A stretch of 64,000 nt of DNA, taken from the NCBI RefSeq assembly GCF_963676685.1, contig NC_092347.1, positions 66,402,001 to 66,466,000 on the forward strand. The letters are read 5' to 3'. The DNA is from Mytilus edulis. Lineage: Eukaryota. Positions 40,146 through 54,500 of this stretch are shown in pieces. The translations under genes and the position numbers were made by a program. The stretch's first letter is position 1. Each line of letters begins with the position of its first letter. A model generated the notes under the pieces. It was not told where the DNA came from. It did no database searches and was given only the letters and a program-made list of their open reading frames with translations.

Positions 40146-40273
40146 TTTGAGGGTCGATGAGGCATGAGCCTTTAGAGACTCATTTAGACAAGAACACAAA
40201 TCAAGCTAATTTGAGGGTCGATGAGGCATGAGCCTTTAGAGACTCATTTAGACAAGAACACAAATCAAGCTAA
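40146..40273. repeat. Exact 64-bp tandem duplication
   Basis: TTTGAGGGTCGATGAGGC...AATCAAGCTAA at 40146-40209 and 40210-40273. Confidence 0.95.
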
Positions 40274-40608
40274 CAACTAAACATGAGGGAATCGGCTGGA
40301 CTATAAAAAACCCGAATATAAGGTAAATTCAAATTTGGGAGAAATGAAAAATGAAGAAAAAACCGAATATTTCCAATTACGCGTCTTCGGTCAGCGTCTC
40401 CTATTCAACTTACATTGCTGCAAATCCACACTCAGTCAAAATATTAGAATCGGAAATAGATCGCAATCGGAACAATAAAAGGGTGATGACGTATATAGGT
40501 ATCAAAAGATATCAGACTGTGAAAACATGTCACTAGAGAGTTGGTATGTATGTCCTTAATGCTCTTCAACTTTTTAGTTGTTTGGCTTTATAACTATTTT
40601 GATCTGAG

Positions 40609-40650
40609 CGTCGCTGATGAGTCTTATGTAGACGGAACACGCGTCTGTCG
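40609..40650 (+). ncRNA. Mutated hammerhead ribozyme (probably inactive) in a related retrozyme-like subfamily
   Basis: CGTCG-CTGATGA-GTCT tatgt AGAC-GGAA-CACGC-GTC-TGTCG. The GAAA box is changed to GGAA, and the flanks differ from the other copies. Confidence 0.65.
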
Positions 40651-42141
40651 TATGAAAATATAAGCCTAGTACCTTTGATAACTGTTGACATACAGACGTC
40701 TTTTTATTCAACCAATTAATAAAAATGACGCTAACGTTTGTACTTATCATCAAGAAATATCATTCTTTTTAAATAAAGATAAATGCATGTGAATTCATTC
40801 ATAAAAAATATATTAATTAATATACTTATGTACCTACTTATAATCAATAGCTGTACCACTTTGTTTGAAGTGAACATATGTTGCCTAGAAAAAGATAACA
40901 GAATGAATCTCAACAATAGAGTGTTGCAGATGTATTTATGTGAAAGGCTTGACATTTAAAACCATACTTTGATGGTTGGTAAAATATAAAATATCAATAC
41001 CTCATTATTTCGTCCCCTTTGTCGTGTCACAGTTAGTTTAATTGAATAAAGGATATAAAAATCTTATTAATGAAATTTTATGAGTTCATAACGAAGGTCA
41101 TGGTTTAGTATTCAATGAATTGTCCTGAATTGTCTTTGATGTCCAAGGTGTTTTGATTGTAAATTAAACTTAATTGTATTTTTTATGGTTTCCTTAAACA
41201 TTTGACAGATTCAAAGAGAATATTGGTACTAATATCGATGAAACTTCGATTTATAAGTATGAAAATCGAACTAAAAATTTCAACGAATTCGTTATCTTTA
41301 TCTCCGCAGTGAATGCAGGTACTTACCAGTTACCTCCAATTAACAAGAATGCAGCGTAAAGCAATCAACAACCAATCAATCAAATTATCAAGAATAGCAC
41401 CATAGTCGTCTAATCTATAATTGATCTACCGATGGTGTCTGTTCCCTTTTGTAATAGTTTGACTGAGATTGGATTCGTATGGCGGGGTTTACATGTATAC
41501 ATGCAGCTGAAGAAACTTTCCGTGTTGACACATCCGGTCATGTTCCTTTTGAAGTTTTTTGCGATTCCCGTAGTTCGTTTGACCTGGTTTGTTTCCTTAA
41601 ATATGTTTACGAGATTTGAAAATCATAAAGCAAAAAATACCACATAAGCTATTATTATTCAGAAAACATTGTCAGTGACAAAACTCAGTTTAGATGTTTA
41701 CTTAGTACCTTTGCACATTCAAGTTCAGCTAAGAAATCTCTCACAACAATGAAAGGTGATATTTTTCGAGAGAAAAACAATGTATTTTGTCAAAGTAAAG
41801 GGTTTTGCCTACTTTTGTATAACTATTCCTTCAATTCATGGAAATAATAATTTTCATCTTTTCATAAAACATTTACAATCCGAATTTTGAACCCGAAACT
41901 TATTGATTTAGGCAGCTAATGCGTGAATAGTAAGAGGCATTTACTCTGTCGACTCACTCGGTTTCATTCCTTTTGAAGTTCATGTCATGCGTTTCCTTCA
42001 GCTTTTATTTGTTACCTTGAGTTTTCAGTTTCTAATGGATTTACGAGAGTTAAAAAGCCGTTCTATAATTCATATATGTATCTTGACCTTGGCATGCTAT
42101 ACAATGCAAAAGACAAAGATTGAAATCAAGACGGGGACAGA

Positions 42142-43370
42142 CAGGCGCGTAGCTACGTTTACGTCAAAACGCCCGGGCGTACACTTGAATTTTGGTAAAA
42201 AAAATATTTTCATTTCAATACATTAAGAAGAACTGGTTAAAATCATATAAGCCTTGTATATCTTTCTTCAATGGCTTGTATAATTGCGAATAAAAGTGAC
42301 GAAATTTACTTTTAAAATCAAAAGGTATCATATTATACATTTGTTCATTTTCTGTCTGAATCTTCTGTGAATTCTAATTACTTTCCCTTGGTTTAAAGCT
42401 ATTCATAATCTGTTCAGATTTGCGTTTTTGTCCAGGCTACGACATTTCAGTCTCGAAACCGAGACATAGCGATCCTAAATTGCGTCGGCAGCGTCAACAT
42501 CTTGGTTCAGCATGTTGTGAAAAGTTTTTTTTAAGTATCAACGAATGTCAACCATTCATGAAATTTTACGAAAGTTGGACACATATTTAGTTTTACGGTA
42601 TTTACTGATCAAAGGAATTTCTTTTTGCAGTTAACAAGTAGATACAGTCTATGTTTTTTTGTTACACATCAATTACATTGTCAAACCACCATCGAATGTT
42701 ATGAACCTTAGCAGCAGCTTTTTATGATTAATGTATGAGCAAACTTTTAAATGATTTTTGTTTTCATTTTTCAGTTTTCGGACTTATCCTTTCGCAACTA
42801 ACAGACGGTCTGTTTAATAGTTTAAATGATGTAAACCTTCATAGATTGCCATGAATTTAAACTTTGGCAGAAATATATATTTTAAAATCCTGGAATGGAT
42901 AGATAAATGAATTATTTTTTGCGAGATGCAATCATAGGTCCAGGCGAGAACTAGGGTTCTACGGAAACCTCTACGACTTTTCATAAGACACCTGAAAACT
43001 ATCAAAATTAATTATTTCATGTCCATTAACGACATTTGCACATCAAAAAGGGGTCTTGGTTGAGTAATGGCTCCTTTTAAACATATTTAGAGTAACAGGT
43101 TTGGACATTTTCTCTAAAACCAAAATCAACACAATTAATAAATTAAACATAAAAGATAAACAAATTAGGCTCTAAAGTATGTTGCTATTGGTGAGTTTTT
43201 ATTGACAGAAATAGTATCCGCTCATTCTTGATAACTCGTTTGCTTCAGAGGGGCTTGACCCCTCAGACCCACTACCAACAGGTGCTATGACCTGGACACG
43301 ATGGTGCTCTCGATCACTATCCTTGCCGAGGTTCGGGCGTACACTTAAAAATGGCCTAGCTACGCCACTG
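42142..43370. mobile_element. Possible non-autonomous hAT-like DNA transposon
   Basis: Imperfect TIRs CAGGCGCGTAGCTACG / CCTAGCTACGCCACTG. Subterminal CGGGCGTACACTT near both ends. ACAGACA next to both junctions. Confidence 0.45.
42425..42975 (+). mobile_element. Degenerate HINE/DINE-1-like element nested in the hAT-like element
   Basis: 5' T-run followed by a short hairpin and GCGTCGGCAGCGTC microrepeat. 3' CAGGCGAG plus short GGGTTC...AACC hairpin. Confidence 0.4.
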
Positions 43371-44760
43371 ACAGACATGCAAATGGACGCAAGTTTATAT
43401 GCAGCCGTACTGGTAATTTTGGCAAAAACTAGAACTAAAATTTCAATGATAACATATATGGTTCTAATTCTCTGTTTAAATCAATAAAACATAACTGTAT
43501 TTATAGATTATCGTTGATTATCGTTGATCATCTCAACGAGATTGATTTTCTCGCTATTTTACCTATGACGACGTTGTCAATTTCATATCAATTTCGTTAG
43601 CAACGTCACGTGGCCTCCTTAGTTTCTAGCGATATTTTTTCCATCTCAAGCGAGAAGCATGATATGAAAATTATCACAAAAAAAGATCAAAAGAAAAATG
43701 CACAAAATAGCGATAATTTATTGTATTGTTTCTTTCATTATTTGTTTAGTAGTAGTACATATATGCCATTAAACTATCCTTCTAGTGGTATGATGTAAAC
43801 ATAAATAAATAAAAATTATGTAAGTTTGTAACGGTATCCAAATTATGGTTTCAATTGTCCTGTACAATGTTGATCTTAGGCGTTTCATCTGTTGGTCAGG
43901 TACATTTGATTCAAAGCTCACTTACACATATTTGGAACGTTTAGTTTTCATGATAGCCATTAAGTCACAAACGGCAATAGGGCATACAGTAAAATGGCAT
44001 ATCATATAACTACGGAGTGTGTGTCCGAGCAAGAACTTCGCTATGTTCATTACTTTAGGAATAAAATTTTTCTTGATGTACTGAAGACCTTTTGGTTGCC
44101 TTCGGCTGTTTTCTGCTCTTTGGTCGAGTTGTTACATCTTTGACGCATTCCCCATTTCCATTATCAATTAGAACTATACTGGTAACTAAGACCGAACACA
44201 CAAAATGTTTATAGCGCATTTCAACACTTACCAACTACGCAAAAACTCTGAAATCATGTTTTTACGGATTACAGCAACATAAAAAAAATGCTATAAACGT
44301 ATCTTGAGTTATCAAATAATTCAGATCAAAATCAAGCCCAGTATGAAATTATTATTTCACATATGTACGAGAACTATGAGGATATAAAATAAACACTTTA
44401 TCATACTAGCATATCAATACTGGAAATCTGACTTTCATCGATCAAAAATATTTTTTATAAAATTAAAAGATCAAAGGTTATTAAAGTATTCTCAGATTTC
44501 CCGTTATTCAATAATATATTCTCTAGATCATATCAGTAGTCAAACCTACCGATAGGGATCTTTCCATGTCTTGATTTGGACAATGGTTGTTTTATTTCGT
44601 TGATCGCTTAAATTCGTGACTAAAATCATCCACGAAAACCACGAAAATTGGAACCCCACGAATAAAAGAACTTGTATAGTAATACGAAACCATAAATAAA
44701 AAGAGAATGTATATAATAATACTCGAGCAGCATTTTTCTTAATTTTAAAAAGTAACAATA

Positions 44761-45128
44761 TATATACGTTTTCCTTAATTTAAATAAGTAATTTAAGGTC
44801 TGGTTCTGACTTGATCAAGCGGTTTTTTTTGTTGTTTTTTTCAGTCTCGAGTGTTTCTCCCCTTTTGTAACACGCTAGTGTTATTGGACAAACAGTTGCT
44901 GCATTACCAAAATCAATAGACTATCTTAAGGCGAATATCCTCTTTGTTAGTTTTTGAGAAGCTTCTTTTCAGTTTTATACCCTTTTCATGGCATAGTTTA
45001 GACACTCTAAAAGATGTCAAACCGCTTGATAAAGTCAGAACCAGACCTTAAATTACTTATTTTGCTTGTTATAAACTTTGTTTAATGCATAACTCTCATA
45101 AAACTGTAATATAAGGAAAACGTATATA
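44761..45128. repeat. Foldback/MITE-like element with long inverted arms
   Basis: ~44782-44826 pairs with ~45018-45063. Outer TATATACGTTTTCCTTA pairs with TAAGGAAAACGTATATA. Confidence 0.75.
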
Positions 45129-46354
45129 AAAAAGAATAGGGTATAGCAAATCTCTGTTATGTTTTACCAACTGGGTAACAATCTAAAAGATGTCAAAATA
45201 ATAAAATATCCTTAACATACGTTTTAAATTATTTTACAAATTTTTATAAAATCTTGTGGTTTTCGGTTCTTAATTAAAGTAAACCAAGAAGAGCCCTTCG
45301 GACGCATGTATTATTTATCCAGTGTTGTTTTCAATTTTACAGCATTGAGTCGATACTACTGCCGTGGGTATTATCATGTCAGTTCTTCGGCACTGACATG
45401 ATATATCACAAACTTCACTAAAACTGTTCGTCCATAACTTTAAATTTTATTTTAGAAACTATCATTTCAACTTCCTCTGGCAAAATTGACCTTGTACTAT
45501 ATAGCTCTTCATTTATTTCGGAACTTATACACTTAGTATACGACGTTGACTTTCAAATATTCGACTTTCAGCATTCCCGATGAAGGTAAATTAATAAAGT
45601 CCAAAAATGCGCGTCCGATGCGTGACATTTACAACATGTTGTTTTGGTTTTTTTTTCTTGCTGCTGTTGAAGGCATTTTGACACAAAATCCTAAAATTTA
45701 CTGGTGTTTGTCAAATTTGCACCAAAGGACGATGCTTAGGAAATAAAGAACAATATACTATTTTTCGAAAGACGAAACAAAGCTTTACTTCAAATAAAAT
45801 TTTCATTTTTTTCTGTTTACACATGCTTGGGATTATTACTAAAAATTTGTCAAAATGTTTCAAAATTTCGGTTTTGGGCTGTCTTTAGGCGTTTAAAATT
45901 TGGTGATTGAATAAGTTATAAACCAATGTAACAGTAGTGTACTGCTGTTTAATGGTCTAAAATTGAACAAGTGAAAATAAATCCCGGGTCACAAACCAAA
46001 ACCAAAAACTATAAAACGAAAACAACGGAGAAAAAGAGACACGGAACTGCAATATAAACAAACGCTAACACACATAGAAATGTACATTTTGATACCAACT
46101 TCCATATCACTGACTTGGTACAGGAAATTCAAAGAAAAAATGCGGGTAAAACCTGGCTTTGTGGATAGCAAACCTCTTGCTTATACGGCAATGTTATATA
46201 AAAAAAGCTTTAAAAGATAACATTTCGTGACAGGAATACAGTTAAAATGAACGCAAGAACACTGAGGACAGAGACATATATAAATAAATAATAAAATAGT
46301 ACATTACATCATATAATTAACAGAATAACAACGGTCGTTTCCTGAATTAATGAC

Positions 46355-46570
46355 ATATACCAGACTGATCTATCCATTGGATCACCAGTGAAGGTGATAT
46401 ACGTCTGAAAACACATATGATATTCATAATTCGTGTAAATATCATCACAATAATGTTGAATCTGCAAATTATTTTTGTTGTTCCCTCGCGGGATTCGAAC
46501 TCATACAATGTGGATACATTGTATCTTGATGACACCGCCCGCACTGTGTCCAGCGCCCAAGACCACTCTA
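46355..46570 (-). mobile_element. tRNA-derived SINE fragment
   Basis: Minus strand has an A-box-like GAGTGGTCTTGG and a B box GAGTTCGAATCCC (46490-46502). The body is shared with ~37480-37602. No intact cloverleaf. Confidence 0.55.
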
Positions 46571-46918
46571 CACATGTAAGATAAGGATCTCGCCTTCCGT
46601 TAAAACATTATAAATAATGTTTTGCTTGCAAGAATGGTACATAGGAGATCACATCGATCTACACAAAGTGTGTTCTTAAATATCAATAAAAACCTTCAAC
46701 TCTGACTTAATAGAGTCCACGGAAAAATTAAATGAGAAAAACTGGCCATATTTGCTCGGGTAAGTCTTTGATTTTAATATAAAGTTCCTAATATTATTTG
46801 GGAAAACTTATTTTAAAATGTCTATGTTTCGAAGTACCAATATTAAAAGATATATATATTTTTGAACATAAGGATATTTGCTTTAATTCTAGGATGTGAC
46901 GTACCAAATTTGAATCAT

Positions 46919-47162
46919 TACCAGGTTTATAACAACTTGAGCAACACGACGGGTGTCACATGTGGAGCAGGACCCTTCCGGAGCACCTGAGATCACCCCA
47001 AGTTTTTTTGTGGGGTTTGTGTTGCTTAGTCTTTATTTTTCAAAGTTGTGTTTTGCATACTATTGTTTGTCTGTTTGTCTTTTTCCTTTTTAGCCATGCC
47101 GTTGTCAGTTTATTTTCTATTTATGAGTTTGAATGTCCCTCTGGTATCTTTCGCCCCTCTCT
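46919..47162 (+). mobile_element. Older diverged 3' fragment of the Penelope-like family
   Basis: GCAACACGACGGGTG...CCGGAGCACCTGAGATCACC...TATCTTTCGCCCCTCT. Confidence 0.75.
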
Positions 47163-47238
47163 TAATCTTTTTGGTTATCTGCTTTTTTCTCTTTTTTATA
47201 TATTAGCGTTCATTTCTTAATTATTTATATTTATACCA

Positions 47239-48590
47239 TTTTTAACTCAACGGGGCCAAAGCCCCCCCCCCCCCCCATATGAGTCTATGACATCACTTGG
47301 CGTCCGTCGTCGTCCGACGGCTGTCGTTGTAAACTATTTAAAAAATCTTCTCTGAAACTGCGGTGCCAAATACCTTTAAACTTTAACTAAATGTTCCTTA
47401 GGGTATCTTGTTTATGAATTGTATCCGAAGTTTAGATCCATCGACAAACATGGCCGCTATGTCTAAAAATAGAACATAGGGGTAAAATTCATTTTTTGGC
47501 TTTTATCGCAAAACAACTGAAACTAAAGGAGCAAATCTGCCATGGGTAAAATTGTTCAATTGGTCAAGATCTATCAGCCCTGAAATTTTCAGAACAACCC
47601 ATTGTTAGGTTACTGCTACTGAATTAGTAGTTTTTAGGAATTTTTGCAGTTTTTTGTTATGATCTTGAATATGATTATAGATACATATTATCTGTAAACA
47701 GCAATAATGTTTAGCAAAGTAAGACGTACAAAAAAGATTAAGGACCGAAATGGTCAAGTGACCCCTTAAGGAGTAATTGCTCTTTAAGACTATTTTACAC
47801 AATTTGTTCATCAAGTTCGCTAACATTTAAAAATCTTCTCCTCTGAAACTACAGGGCTAAATACCTCCAAACTTCAACTAAATGTTCCTTAGGATATATC
47901 TAGTTTATATGTTGTATCCGAAGTTTTGATTAATTGATAAACATGGCCGCCATGGCTAAAAATAGAACATAGGGGTCAAATGCAGTTTTTGGCTTAAATC
48001 TCAAATCTAAAGCTTTAAGAGCAAATCTGACATGTGATTTAATTGTTCAATAGGTACAAATCAATCAGCCCTGAAATGTTCAGACGAATCGAACAACCCA
48101 TTGTTGGGTTGCTGCCACTGAATTGGCAGTTTTAACGAAATTTTGCAGTTTTTTGTTATTATTTTGAGTATCATTATAGATGATATAAACTATAAACAGC
48201 AATAATGTTCAGCAAAGTAAGGTCTACAAAAAAAATGAATATGACCAAAATTGTCAATTGACCCCTTAGGAATTATTGCCCTTGAAAGACAATTTTACAT
48301 AATTTGTTCGTCAAGGTGGAGCAGGATCTGCTTACTCTTCCGGAGCACCTGAGATCACCCCTAGTTTTTTTGGTGGGGTTCGTGTTGTTTATTCTTTAGT
48401 TTTCTATGTTGTGTCATGTGTGCTGTTGTTTGTTTGTCTTTTTCATTTTTAGCCATGGCGTTGTCAGTTTGTTTTAGATTTATGAGTTTGACTGTCCCTT
48501 TGGTATCTTTCGTCCATCTTTGCTAACATTTAAAAATCTTCTCCTCTCAAATACAGGTGAGCGATTCAGGCTCTTGAGAGCCTCTTGTTT
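47239..48590 (+). mobile_element. Helentron-associated non-autonomous element (HINE/DINE-1-like) with ~490-bp internal tandem repeats
   Basis: 5' TTTTTAACTCAAC, then a GTC microsatellite. Core repeats start AAAAATCTTCTC at ~47341, ~47829 and ~48532. 3' CAGGTGAGCG plus GGCTC-ttga-GAGCC hairpin and TCTTGTTT. Confidence 0.75.
48316..48518 (+). mobile_element. Penelope-like 3' fragment inserted in the second core repeat of the HINE
   Basis: Interrupts TCAAG|TT(T/C)GCTAAC, which is uninterrupted in the first core repeat (47811-47825). Confidence 0.8.
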
Positions 48591-51500
48591 ATATTCTTTT
48601 TTTCTGAACAGTATAGCACCCTATGTTTCTCTATTCTTCATCTTTATTTATTGTTCTCCATTCTTTCATCTCCCCTTTATCAGGTTTATTATGCATTTTG
48701 TATCAAGTATTCTCTATTCTCTTAACCACAGTCAGACCCTCTTATAACTGGTTGAAAACTTTAAAGAAGAAGAAGCTGCCTGACTCGAAAATACATTATA
48801 AATAAATAAAAAAGGAGATCTGATATGATTACCAATGAGACAACATTCCACAAGTGACCAAACGACACAGAAATCAACAACTATAGGTCACCGTACGTCC
48901 TTTAACAATGAGCAAACTAGCTTGCTTGATTTCTAGAATTGAGATCTCCGTCCAACAAGGCCACGACACAAAGCAGTGGTTGTCCTTCTGCCCCTGAAAA
49001 GGGATAAAAAAATACATTATCAGTATATAAAAAGGGAGATGTGACAATGAGACAAGTATCCGTTAACGTTCGAATGAAGTTGATGTACTTGCAATTGAGC
49101 CAATAATACGGCCTTCAGCAATGAGAAAATCAATACCTTAAAGTCGACGAAAAACATAAAACAATTCAATTTAGAAAAACATAATTTATAACAAAACAAT
49201 TTATGAAAAACAAGTATGACATACATAAACCAACAACAGAGCCACAGACTCATGACTTGAGACAGACACGTAAAAAAAGTAAAAGGTCTAACTTTTTGAA
49301 AGCGCCAACCCTATCTCTAATCACGGACACAACATAAGACAAAAAGGCCTTTATTTTAAATTAATCATATCAATACAAAGCAGAAAAAACATCTAACAAA
49401 AACATAGACCGGAAGTGACAGGGAATTTATCTCATTTGACTTCATAAAACAAGGATATTCTAGAAGGAAGAAAGAATAATAATAAGGAGTATTACTTGAT
49501 ACTAATTATTGCAAAGTTCTTCTGAAAATATGACATTTTAGTTCAGCATTAAAAAGACAGGAATGACACACATGTAAATTGATACATGTAGTATTCTTAA
49601 TATATATGAAGTAAAATCAATGCATACAAGGTTTGTAAAAGCCGATATTTCTTGAAAATTAGCTTATCGCTTCTGTCTTGTATAACGAATGAGGAAACTA
49701 TGTTAATATAATTGTGTTCTTTTGAAACAGATATTTTATTATATGCAGTAAGTAAGGTCAATAAGTGCATTGTTCATTGTAAAATTCAGCTAAATTGTTT
49801 TATGGTTCAAAACTACAATTACTTTTTTCTTGACAAAAGCTACTAAATGTTTTATTTAATAAGATTGTAAAACACAAGAACTCCAATATTCTGATTTTTT
49901 AAACGAAAGCATTTACGTAATATTTTAATACTTATGGGAAATCTACAAATATCAAATACAATTATCCACTAAATAGCATGCTAACAAAACAGTAATTATA
50001 TACATGTAACAGAGGCAATCGATCGTTTAGAATTTCAATTGATTTCGATAAATATTTCAACTAAAGGAATATAGAAAACAATGTTTTGCTGGTTGCCAGC
50101 AGGATATAACTCATTTCTTTTATAACTATTTCCAATTAATTATTTTTTATCTGTTTTTATTTATTGGCTTTAAAATATTAATGACCACCATTTATAGATA
50201 TTACAATAATAAAGTTTAGTTGCTAATATGATATTCTGAAATGAGTTTTTAAATCGAAAAAAAGAGGTAAGAAAAGTACAACTGATAAAAATGTCTTGAA
50301 TACAGATTTAAGAACAATTTTGATAAACAGCAGTAAAAAAATTATACTTATCATTGTTGACTCAACAGATATTCATTTCTTGCTTATATTTTGATAATGA
50401 AATCGTTGTTAATGGAACAGATATCATACTATAATCAATTATAAGCCAAAACTATCCAAAAGGAAAAACGATATGGTGACCATTTTAAATCCTCTGGTGT
50501 TTCTTTAATAACTATATAATTGATTCAGCCACATTTTAATCAATATTTCTATTTTTTTAACATCCGTTAACAAGCAATAGTATTCGTAGAGGATGCGCAC
50601 TATGATAATGAACACTATCTATTGATTTGCATGGTTATAAAGCAGACGATATCCTCTGCCTTCATTTTCCCAGTATTTTACTCGTGCTCACTTAACGTCT
50701 GTTTAGTGTGTTTTGGAGTTGTCTTTCGTAATACGCCTGGATTAGTGGAGATTTTTTTCTGTGACAAGCTAATATCAATATGCTTTGTGGAGCTTGATCG
50801 TCAAATCGATTGCAGTAGAGTTTGAAGAAGGATTGTCGCTGTGTGATGAAGATTTTCTGGATCTTAACTGGAATCTAGTAATCAGGTTTGATGCCTTTTT
50901 ATATTATTATTCCACACTTACAAAGAATTGTTTGTTGTTATTGTTGCTGTGTATTTTTTTCTGGATAAATCTTATCTTTTTTATACTTGAATTTTATCGA
51001 ATTTGCAGGTTTGCAGTCGTTTTAAGCTTCCTACATCATCACTAACTTAAAACATGAAATACGGAAAAACATGCTTTATTTTTTATATGATTCAACTTTG
51101 TGTTCAACTTCTTCTCTTTTAAGCTGGTGAAACTTATTGTCAACTATAAGACTACAAGATTCAATCAAGTGTTCTGATAATTAGATTTTAGAAGTGCATT
51201 ACATTTTATAATTTGATTTTGTGATTTATATATATAAAAGCAAAAATAAGTGTAAATTTCATAAAGCAAAAATACGTGTCAATTTCGAATAGTTAAAAAA
51301 TGTGATGCGGGTATGCTTCCTCATAAAATATTGGAAGCAACAAATGAAGCGACAAAATAGGGAAAGAAAAATGAAAAACATAACAAAGGTTTTAAATTCA
51401 TAATTTCTATTAAAGTAAATTGAGAAAAAAACAGTTTTAAGATGAATGATAAAATAAAAAAAAAACTAACTCGAAACTTTGCTTTTATCGTTGGAATACA

Positions 51501-54500
51501 ACAGAAACGAAGTATTGAATTACAATGTACAATATTTTTACGTTGACGTTGTTTCTTTGCCTTTTAAATTATAATATTACAACGCATCTGTTGGGTTTTT
51601 CAATTCGAAATCGGAAAAGTTATCAACAGCTAACGAAGTAGCACGCCGACACCGGAAACTTGCAGTCAGGTGTAAGCTTTTACTCTGCACTGAAGACTTC
51701 TCCCTGACTTTGATATGAAGAACAACAAAACACTTTCTTTGCTTTAGGCTGTACATGAACATACTTACATTTCTATTGAATTATTGACGGAAAATTTATT
51801 TTTTGAAATAAAAAAAATAACGAAGAAAAGCATAGTCTACGTGGGTTGCGCTTAATATAAAAAAGGAGTTGTGGTATTATTTCCAATGAGCCAACTATCC
51901 ACCAAAGTTCAAATGAAGTGTATGTAAGCAGTTATAGGAAACTGACGGCCTTCAACAATGTGAAAAACCACTTGATGCTGTTTTCCTTATATATATGTAG
52001 ATAAAAGAAACGATAAAATCTTTAGTAAAAATCGCACTTTACTACCAAAATTTTTTCCCCTTAAATTTCAATGTTATGAAATAGAAAACAAATTTGGAAT
52101 GGAAATGGGGAAATGTGCCAAAGAGCAGAAAACACACGAGGGCCACCAATTGGTCTTCAACACAGCGAAAAAATCCTGCACCCGGTACTCATATTCGAAC
52201 CACTTTGCTGCTGATGAAGGTGCTTAGTACTAAATAATTACTAGTATATTTTGTTAAATGCCGTGAAATGAATCTGCTAGAATGGTTAGGATATAAAGTC
52301 AAGATGGTACACGTTTCTCTGCTAACGAATAAGTAACCACAAGGGAATCTTTTGGAAAACAATCTAAGAAACAAAAGAATATAGATCGCTATTTGTAGGT
52401 TGTCATTACCAAGTACCACCTGGGTTGTATATTACATCAAAGGCCAACACTTTTTATGATCTATCTTGCAGAATATCTCAGGGCTAGTCGATGGAATCAA
52501 TAACTTTCCGAAATTAATTGCTAATTAGAAAGCTTCGCTGGAATCGTAATTTTAACGCATTTATAAACACTAAGCCTGAAACCAATTCTATCTAGAATTA
52601 ATTTAAGTCTCATTTGATGGTGAAAATACAATTAAATGCTTACATGACACTTCGTGATACATCGAAGATGCCCATTATTTGAAAAATATTATAACCTACA
52701 CTTTCCTGTCTTGGTTAACGACTTTAATGTTTGATTGAAAATAAATGAGGTTTTCCGTTAAACTTGATGCACTGCAAACGAATTTTATATTTTAATAGTT
52801 AGCAGCACACAATGTAACGATGATTGCCTTCATTTAAAAGAGCAAAAACAGAACAGTTCAATTTTAAAAAGTAAAGCAGAAGATTAATAAGAAAAGAAAA
52901 GAAGAAAGAAAAACTATCGTCTTACAATTTTTGAAGGAATATATCAAAGCTCCCATATATTAAAGAATAAACAAATATGGAAACCTATATAATTCCTCCC
53001 ATTCAATACTTCTATACACATTTGAAAGTTCTTAACTATTTTCATTAAAGTAAGCGTTTTAAAAACAAATGTATTTGACACTCATTTTTATAAAACAGTG
53101 TCGCATTCAAAGAAAAGTTACAAGTCCCGCATAAAATCATCTTAAAATAGTCTTTATGCATATCTAAAATAATCTGTATTAGAGCACACTTCTATGCTTT
53201 CATATATTCATCATATAAGTTTAAGTTCATCTTTTCAGTATTGTTTCTATGTTTAAAAATCCTAAGTAACACTATTTAATCAGTTAGGTTGAGTGTAATT
53301 GATGTACACATTTATACATTGTCTAGATAGTAAATTCCTGTGTATGACTTAGTTTTTCATGTCTATATTGATTGCAGAAAGAAATAAGTATTGACAGTAA
53401 ATAAAGAATACTTCGAAATCATTGTATGAAAACAACCGACAGATGCTTTTAACATTACGGGAATATTATGTATGCAAACAATAACGTGGTAAAACCTTAT
53501 CATAGATCTAGAATAAAGTCATTCATGCATTTTACAATTTTGCGTTAGTTATAAACGGGAGAAAAACTATAGAATTATGTTTTGAAAAAATAAAAATAGA
53601 AATGAATACTCGAATGTTGTAACGGAGACAGTTTGACATTATTTTCTACGGAGTCAGTGATATGGATTATAAAAAGGGACGCTGAAATGATTTACTTTAA
53701 AGACATTTTTACATTACTAATTTTGAAGTCATGAATAGAAAACTACGTCAAATCTGCACGAAGATAATTAAAAAAACTGTAAAAACGAAACTAGATACGA
53801 AGATGTTTTCCCCTGAAAAATATAGGTTTAAGTTATCAAGGACTATAAAACTATTAGCATATAGTATGTTATTAATACTGGTATTTCATAATGATAAAAT
53901 AAATGCATGATGGCTCATATCAGAATACAAAAGTCATGATACAAATGTCAGTCACACCCCAAATAAATCACATGCTAAACAACCCATAGTAAGTAAATCA
54001 TATGGTTAATATAATCATAACACACCCCATATCAAACTCTCGACCTTTGCTCTCAGGCATGATCGTTTAGAGTTTATAGTATTGAATGTGATTTTTTTCA
54101 AATTATCGTTGAAAGGTTGTCTTATAGCTTTTTTTTGGAAAATATTAACAATCTAAAGTAAACATGTTTTTTCTAAGTGAAACCAGCATGAAATGTACAA
54201 AAAAATGAAATTGCACAACAAAACCAACTTAAACGATGTTTTTGCTTAAAATCAACATGGTTTCATAGATTTTAACAAAAAAACTTAAAACTAAATTGTT
54301 TTACTCTTCAATTTGATTGAATTCAACGTAAAACGCCTTTCTGTTTTACTTCGACGTCGAAAGCCGTGTTATTATATACATAAACGTAATAGAAATTAGT
54401 TCAGAAATGAGATTTCTACGTAAAGTCAAATTATTACGGATCTGTCTTCTGCCTTATTGATAGACATGCAATTTTGATTTATCAAAAACACCTGTTGTTT

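Noticed and set aside
46470-46570. tRNA gene
   Set aside because: A/B boxes are present but there is no proper cloverleaf, and the body continues into a repeat shared with ~37480-37602. Treated as a SINE.
50440-51770. Possible minus-strand exons (codon-like composition, splice-like sites near 51045 and 51768)
   Set aside because: Stops in the frames I read and no recognisable protein. Cannot support a gene or pseudogene call.
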